This document shows, piece by piece, positions 59,523 through 64,000 of a stretch of 64,000 bases of DNA. The stretch covers positions 576,001 to 640,000 of the forward strand of contig OY762940.1 of assembly GCA_963667255.1 (NCBI GenBank). The letters run 5' to 3'. A model generated the notes under the pieces. It was not told where the DNA came from, searched no databases, and saw only the letters and a list, made by a program, of their open reading frames with translations. The translations under genes were made by a program, and so were the position numbers. Every line of letters begins with the position of its first letter. Position 1 is the first letter of the stretch. This DNA comes from Candidatus Cloacimonadota bacterium. Its GTDB lineage: Bacteria > Cloacimonadota > Cloacimonadia > G963667145.

Positions 59523-60353
59523 TTATTTTTTCAAATATTCTTTGAATTTCTCTTTGTTGTTTTTAATAAAATCGGCAGCCAAAACAAGAAAAACTGAAAG
59601 GAAGAAACAAATGAAAAAGGTTACTAAGGTTAAAACTGTTTTGCTTGTTCCTTTTTTAGAAAGCTCTTGCTTCTTTTTCTTGCTAAGTTTTTCTTTTTCT
59701 TGAATACTTAATTTAGGATTTTTGGCATTCTGTAAAACAGATGTTTTCTTATAATCAGGAAGATGAAAATTTAAATTATTGTAAGCGTTGTCGGCTGAAC
59801 TAATAGCCAAAGTTAATTGTATTAAATCGTCCGAATTTTTTAGAAGCTTAGCATTTTTTTCTATCTTATCTATTGAATTTTGAAGAGCTATTTTTAATTT
59901 TTTTTGATAATTTTTTTTTTCGTTTTGTGTTTCTAGTAAGATATAATATTTGTTTTTGAAGAGGGAATCTATAATTTCTGTTGCGTATTGGGCAACCGGG
60001 GAAACTATTTCTTTGTTTTTTGAAGTTACATAAACAGTAAAAAAGGATGCATTGTCCGTGTTGGCATCAAAATTTTCTCGCAATAAATTGGGATATCTTT
60101 CTTGAATCTTTTCTATAAAATCTTCGGAATTGTAGCAGAAACTAATGCCTGAAGCATATTCTCCAGGATATATTTTTATAGAAGATTGAGCATTATATAA
60201 TTCAACTCTTTTTATGTTGATTAGGGCATAAGCTACCATCAATAAAGTAGGAATAATGGTAATCAAAACAATCGTCCATTTTCTTTTCCAAAGTTTGGCG
60301 ACTATCTCCAGCAAATCTATTTCGTCAGTTTCTATCGGTTGGTTATTCTCCAT
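59523..60353 (-). CDS. Wzz/FepE-like polysaccharide chain-length regulator, AT-rich
   Basis: DEIDLLEI...LWKRKWTI N-terminal TM, coiled-coil middle, C-terminal TM. AGGAG RBS before ATG 60353. Confidence 0.8.
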   Translation of the reverse strand: MENNQPIETDEIDLLEIVAKLWKRKWTIVLITIIPTLLMVAYALINIKRVELYNAQSSIKIYPGEYASGISFCYNSEDFIEKIQERYPNLLRENFDANTDNASFFTVYVTSKNKEIVSPVAQYATEIIDSLFKNKYYILLETQNEKKNYQKKLKIALQNSIDKIEKNAKLLKNSDDLIQLTLAISSADNAYNNLNFHLPDYKKTSVLQNAKNPKLSIQEKEKLSKKKKQELSKKGTSKTVLTLVTFFICFFLSVFLVLAADFIKNNKEKFKEYLKK

Positions 60354-60633
60354 CGGTATTTCTCCTATTTTCAATAAGTTTATAATAATTAACGCTGTCA
60401 ATTTTGGAAACATTCCCCTTGGGTATCTGCAAAATGTCAACGATTTTTGTGTAACCAGCAAGGTAAATCTCTATCGTGTCGTTGGCAAAAACTTTTTCGG
60501 AAGGCTTGCAAATTTTTTTGTTGACTTTTACCAAAGATTTTTGACAAGCTTTTTGAGCAATGGAGCGGGTTTTGGTCAAACACAATTTACTCAAAAGAGC
60601 GTCCAAACGCATAAAATCGGAACTATTTTCCAT
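60343..60633 (-). CDS. S4-domain RNA-binding protein (Hsp15/RqcP-like)
   Basis: MRLD..L...CL.KTRS.A..AC....V.VN....KPS..V. Confidence 0.88.
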   Translation of the reverse strand: MENSSDFMRLDALLSKLCLTKTRSIAQKACQKSLVKVNKKICKPSEKVFANDTIEIYLAGYTKIVDILQIPKGNVSKIDSVNYYKLIENRRNTDGE

Positions 60634-61711
60634 GTAACCCTTGTTTTATGTATTTGTAATAATTTTGATTTTTTATCCCATAATAGCTAAAAAAGGCGAG
60701 TCCGCCCAAATCTTTTTTCAGGGCAATGTTGATTTTCGCCAAAATCTCTTTCCCTCTGTAGGCGTTATCGTCGTCCCAAGAACGCAATCCCACAACAATT
60801 TGCTTTCTTTGTTCCAGCGAGGAAGCGAAGTCCAATTGTTTCTTGATTACCTCGTTTTCCTTTGCGTATGCCATCAAATAGACTTTGTCGATGATGCCGG
60901 ACTGTAGCCATTTTACCCACTCCTGACTTCGTGTATAATAGGCATCGTCATAGTTGGCGAAAACCGCTGCGGAAACAGTAAGCTGAGGATTTATTTTTTT
61001 CGCACCTTCGTAGATTTTTTTCACGAAATTTGTGACATTGTCCCTTTTAAATTCCTGATAATCCACAAAATTGCTTTCTTTAAAATGTTTCAGAGCCAAA
61101 GGATTGTAGCCGTAATTTTTGGACGGATAGCGGATGTAATCCATTTGGATGCCGTCAATTTTGTAATTATTAATCACATCCATAAAAATATTGAACAAGT
61201 AGTCTTGTACCTCAGGGATTGCAGGGTCGAAATACGCTCCTTCCTCTTCTCGGGGGAGCATTCTGTCTCCTTGGGAGTTATGCGTAATCCAAAAAGGGTA
61301 AGTAAGATAAGGATGTTCCAGTCCGATATTGTCCGTTTCGTTGCCGGTAATCACGAAAGTCGTGAGCCAAGCTACCAGCTTCAAATCTCTTTGTTGGCAA
61401 AGTCCGGAGAGATACTCCAACGGGTCAAAATCTTGGTCGCTTAGTTTATAATTGCGAGGTTCTTCGTTGGGGGAACTGGAGTCGTATTTGTTCGGAAAAT
61501 ACAGAGCATCCCCTCTGTAGCGGACTTCGGCTATAATAGTATTGATGCCACATTCGGTGATTTTGCTTATCATTTCATCTATTTTTTCTTTGCTATCTAT
61601 ATCCCATGGAGTTGCCCAAACGGCTTTTTCCAAAGCTGAGAGAGGGCAAAAAATAAGAAGAAAAAAAAGGAGAAAAAATTCTCCTTTTTTATAAAAATCA
61701 GTTAAAAACAT
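60623..61711 (-). CDS. GHL10 / YddW(DigH)-like glycoside hydrolase
   Basis: AVW, VR.RGDA.Y, FDPL, DP..PEV..Y, Y.IDG.Q.DYIRYP, Q.W..W. Confidence 0.85.
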   Translation of the reverse strand: MFLTDFYKKGEFFLLFFLLIFCPLSALEKAVWATPWDIDSKEKIDEMISKITECGINTIIAEVRYRGDALYFPNKYDSSSPNEEPRNYKLSDQDFDPLEYLSGLCQQRDLKLVAWLTTFVITGNETDNIGLEHPYLTYPFWITHNSQGDRMLPREEEGAYFDPAIPEVQDYLFNIFMDVINNYKIDGIQMDYIRYPSKNYGYNPLALKHFKESNFVDYQEFKRDNVTNFVKKIYEGAKKINPQLTVSAAVFANYDDAYYTRSQEWVKWLQSGIIDKVYLMAYAKENEVIKKQLDFASSLEQRKQIVVGLRSWDDDNAYRGKEILAKINIALKKDLGGLAFFSYYGIKNQNYYKYIKQGLHGK

Positions 61712-61720
61712 TTAGAAAAA

Positions 61721-62845
61721 TTATCTCACTCTCAAAGGCATCAAAAGGAAACGAGCCTCAAGATTTTCGTCAACTTGCTCATTATTGTAAATCAGAATAG
61801 CCTCTGTCGGACTCTTGAAGCAAAATTTCACATTTTCGCTCGTGATTACATTAAGAATAGCGAGCAAAAATTTGTAATTAAGTGTAATTTCCATAGATTC
61901 CGAGTTGATTTCCGCTGTTTGCAAATCCTCACTTCCAGAACCTTTGTCATCGTTGGAAGAGCTGAGCGTCAACTCGTCATCCTTTATCGTGAGCAAAACT
62001 CTGAAATCTATATCGGAAGAAGCAAGAGAAACGCGTTTAATAGCTTCGCTGATTTCGTTTCGGTTGACGACGACAATATTATTGTTTTCTATTTGGAAAG
62101 CTCTTTTGTAATCAGGAAACTCTCCCTCAATAACATGAGAGAAAATAATAAAGTTCTCATAGTTGAAAACGATTCTGTTTTCCTCAAAAAGCACCTTGAT
62201 TTTATTGCTGTCTTCGTCCAAAATTTTGCTGATAAACAAAGTTGTTTTCACAGGCATAATTTTGCTGATTTCGTTGGTAACATCAAGATTTTCTTTCACG
62301 GTAACTTCAGCAATTTTGCTGGCATCGGTTGCAACCATTATTTGCCCTTGAGGGCTGAGTTGCCAAAAAATTCCGTTTAATACCGGAGAGTTTATTCGAT
62401 TAGATACGGCGAAAGATGTGTTATCTATCATTTTTGTGAAAAGGTCCATCTCGAACTCAATTGCCTTGTTGAAATCAATTTTAGGAATGATAGGGAAAAC
62501 TGAAAAGTCCTCCACAATCGGAGTTGAGAATTTGGAGTTTCCGCAATTTATTTTGAGTTTGTTTTCGTTTTGCTGTATGTAGATGGTGCTGGATGGCAAA
62601 GCCGCGATAATATCGCTGAAATATTTGGCAGGCACAGCCGTTTTGCCAGACTCCAAAACATTGGCTTTGATTTTGGCAGTTACTGTTATCTCCATATCCG
62701 AAGCACTGATGGTAATAGTCTCATCATCTTGATTGGCTTCAAGAAGGAAAGTAGTCAGAATTGCCATAGTATTTTTAGTAGGAACTACGGTAACCAAGTG
62801 AGCAAGCTTGCCAGCTATATCTTTTTTCTCTATAGAAAATTTCAT
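61721..62845 (-). CDS. dnaN: DNA polymerase III beta sliding clamp
   Basis: MKFSI, ASD.E, T.FA.S, L.G, VATD, GEFPDY, LLMPLR. Confidence 0.95.
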   Translation of the reverse strand: MKFSIEKKDIAGKLAHLVTVVPTKNTMAILTTFLLEANQDDETITISASDMEITVTAKIKANVLESGKTAVPAKYFSDIIAALPSSTIYIQQNENKLKINCGNSKFSTPIVEDFSVFPIIPKIDFNKAIEFEMDLFTKMIDNTSFAVSNRINSPVLNGIFWQLSPQGQIMVATDASKIAEVTVKENLDVTNEISKIMPVKTTLFISKILDEDSNKIKVLFEENRIVFNYENFIIFSHVIEGEFPDYKRAFQIENNNIVVVNRNEISEAIKRVSLASSDIDFRVLLTIKDDELTLSSSNDDKGSGSEDLQTAEINSESMEITLNYKFLLAILNVITSENVKFCFKSPTEAILIYNNEQVDENLEARFLLMPLRVR

Positions 62846-62933
62846 TTTATCTCCTTATGCAGATATTCTATCTGAAAATCTTTAATACTCTCCACAACTA
62901 ACAGAAATTATTAAAAACTCATCAACAAACAAT

Positions 62934-62969
62934 AGGCAAGAGCCTTAATTCAAATCAAAACTCTTGCCT
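62934..62969 (-). terminator. Probable terminator after the HU gene
   Basis: AGGCAAGAG...CTCTTGCCT 9-bp stem, T-rich downstream on the minus strand. Confidence 0.6.
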
Positions 62970-62993
62970 TTAATAGTTTGAAAATTTTGCAAA

Positions 62994-63266
62994 TTACTTG
63001 ATTGCGTCTTTCAATCCTTTGCCGGCCTTGAATGAAGGAACATCTCTGGCAGGAATAGTGAGATCGGCACCGGTTTGTGGATTTCTTCCTGATCTTTCAG
63101 ATCTGTGTTTAACAGAAAAAGTCCCGAAACCCACTAAAGCAACTTTATCTTTTTTGGACAAAGCGTTAGTCACGCTACCCAAGAAAGATGAAAGGGCTGC
63201 AGAGGCTTGCTTTTTAGTAATATCAGCGTCTTTGGCAATCTTGCTTACAATTTCTTCCCTTGTCAT
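62994..63266 (-). CDS. hup: Histone-like DNA-binding protein HU
   Basis: MT.EE....IA, V.LVGFGTF, R.GRNPQTG..L.I.A..VP.FKAGK.LK. AAGGAG RBS before ATG 63266. Confidence 0.95.
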   Translation of the reverse strand: MTREEIVSKIAKDADITKKQASAALSSFLGSVTNALSKKDKVALVGFGTFSVKHRSERSGRNPQTGADLTIPARDVPSFKAGKGLKDAIK

Positions 63267-63427
63267 GTCTTCTCCTTTATGTAATAGAGTATTACCCATC
63301 TGCTAAGGCATCTCTATATCTTGTCAACAAAAAATATCAATAAAATGTTCATCTCAAGATGGTTATGGATTATTTTTGAAAATTTAGCAAGAGGTAATTC
63401 ATTTAATTTCAGTGTATTGTGTTAAAA

Positions 63428-63795
63428 TGGTGGAGGTGGCGAGATTCGAACTCGCGTCCAAAAGTCAACCGCTACCGGCTCTACATACTTAGTTGTTTTG
63501 GTTTAACCAAAAGCAAGGGAAACAATCAACCTAAACTGATGGCGATTTCTCGATTTGAGTTTCGCAAAAAAGACGAGAAAGACTCTCTTTTGCTATTTGA
63601 TTAAAAATGATACCTTGTTTACGGGGAACAACCAAAGAGTTTCCCGAGGAGGCAGGAGCCTAATTAGGCTGCCATTGCGTAGTTATCGTTTCCGTCTACT
63701 TATTAATTGTCCAAGCATTTTAACGGGATAATTGAACATTGCCCGGTATGCACCGAAAGTCGATTTAAACCTCTGTCTAAACCAAATTCACCCCC
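63428..63795 (-). ncRNA. ssrA: tmRNA; tag peptide (A)GNDNYAMAA* at 63664-63693
   Basis: 5' GGGGGTG pairs with 3' CACCTCC-ACCA including G3:U; T-arm GCGAGTTCGAATCTCGC; internal ORF GGA AAC GAT AAC TAC GCA ATG GCA GCC TAA. Confidence 0.95.
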
Positions 63796-64000
63796 AAATT
63801 ATTATAATCAGTTGAAAAGACAGTTTTTCAGAACAATGGTAATGTCAATAAAATTCTTCATCTTGAATGGGGACTACAAATTGAATTAAAAAACAAAAAA
63901 AATCTTGAATTGTATAGCTTAAAAAAATATCAAGTTTGAGATAAAAATACAAGTTTGTCTGTTTCGGATACAGACTGTTTGATTTGAGGTGGGATTATGA

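Noticed and set aside
59523..60461. Longer 312-aa start for the Wzz-like ORF (and similar extended starts for ispG, HU, DUF2232, DUF4914)
   Set aside because: The extensions overlap neighbouring genes or promoters. Internal starts match the RBS or overlap position and the family N-termini.
62846..63427. Replication origin near dnaN
   Set aside because: No cluster of DnaA boxes and no dnaA. The only perfect TTATCCACA I noticed is isolated inside a gene at about 31690.
63419..63604. 61-aa ORF MLKWWRWRDSNSRP; also ORFs 36133-36360 and 36243-36470
   Set aside because: Translations of tmRNA and tRNA-Thr sequence.
63880..63960. Short direct repeats (AAATA(T)CAAGTTTG twice, TTGAATT twice) upstream of ssrA
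   Set aside because: Too short and AT-rich to distinguish from chance, and the downstream gene lies outside the window.

Overview
Mostly housekeeping chromosome of an AT-rich, probably anaerobic diderm bacterium. Gene order and content are suggestive of Cloacimonadota, but that is an inference. The window holds mrdA-rodA, hpt, a FecBCD-type ABC importer with an outer-membrane channel and a methyltransferase, xdhC, ispG, plsC, argS, dpaL, a biotin ECF transporter, purA-prmC-trxB, DUF4914, tRNA-Thr(CGT), tRNA-Arg(CCT), a long rpsP-to-rpe translation operon, a patatin/Omp85 protein, malic enzyme, glutamine synthetase III, dnaN, HU and tmRNA. The most unusual part is an AT-rich accessory block at about 14.7-20.1 kb. 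It is built from two tandem modules, each running from a copy of the plsC 3' end, through cargo genes, to a copy of the same ~91-bp promoter-like repeat. Cargo 1 is a Dam-family methylase plus a DUF3883 nuclease bounded by integron attC-like inverted core sites. Cargo 2 is a small 3-repeat protein plus a 6TM-RCK channel lacking the K+ selectivity filter, a candidate undescribed defence system. A Fic-HTH gene with a 28-bp palindromic operator follows. Other leads are a probable AUU start for prs, PEPCK-like motifs in DUF4914, a frameshifted acyl-ACP thioesterase, apparent GATC avoidance, promoters with TTGACA but no clear -10, and a hidden 40-aa ORF. No integrase, transposase or CRISPR array was seen. 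All calls come from reading motifs by eye; no database searches were run.
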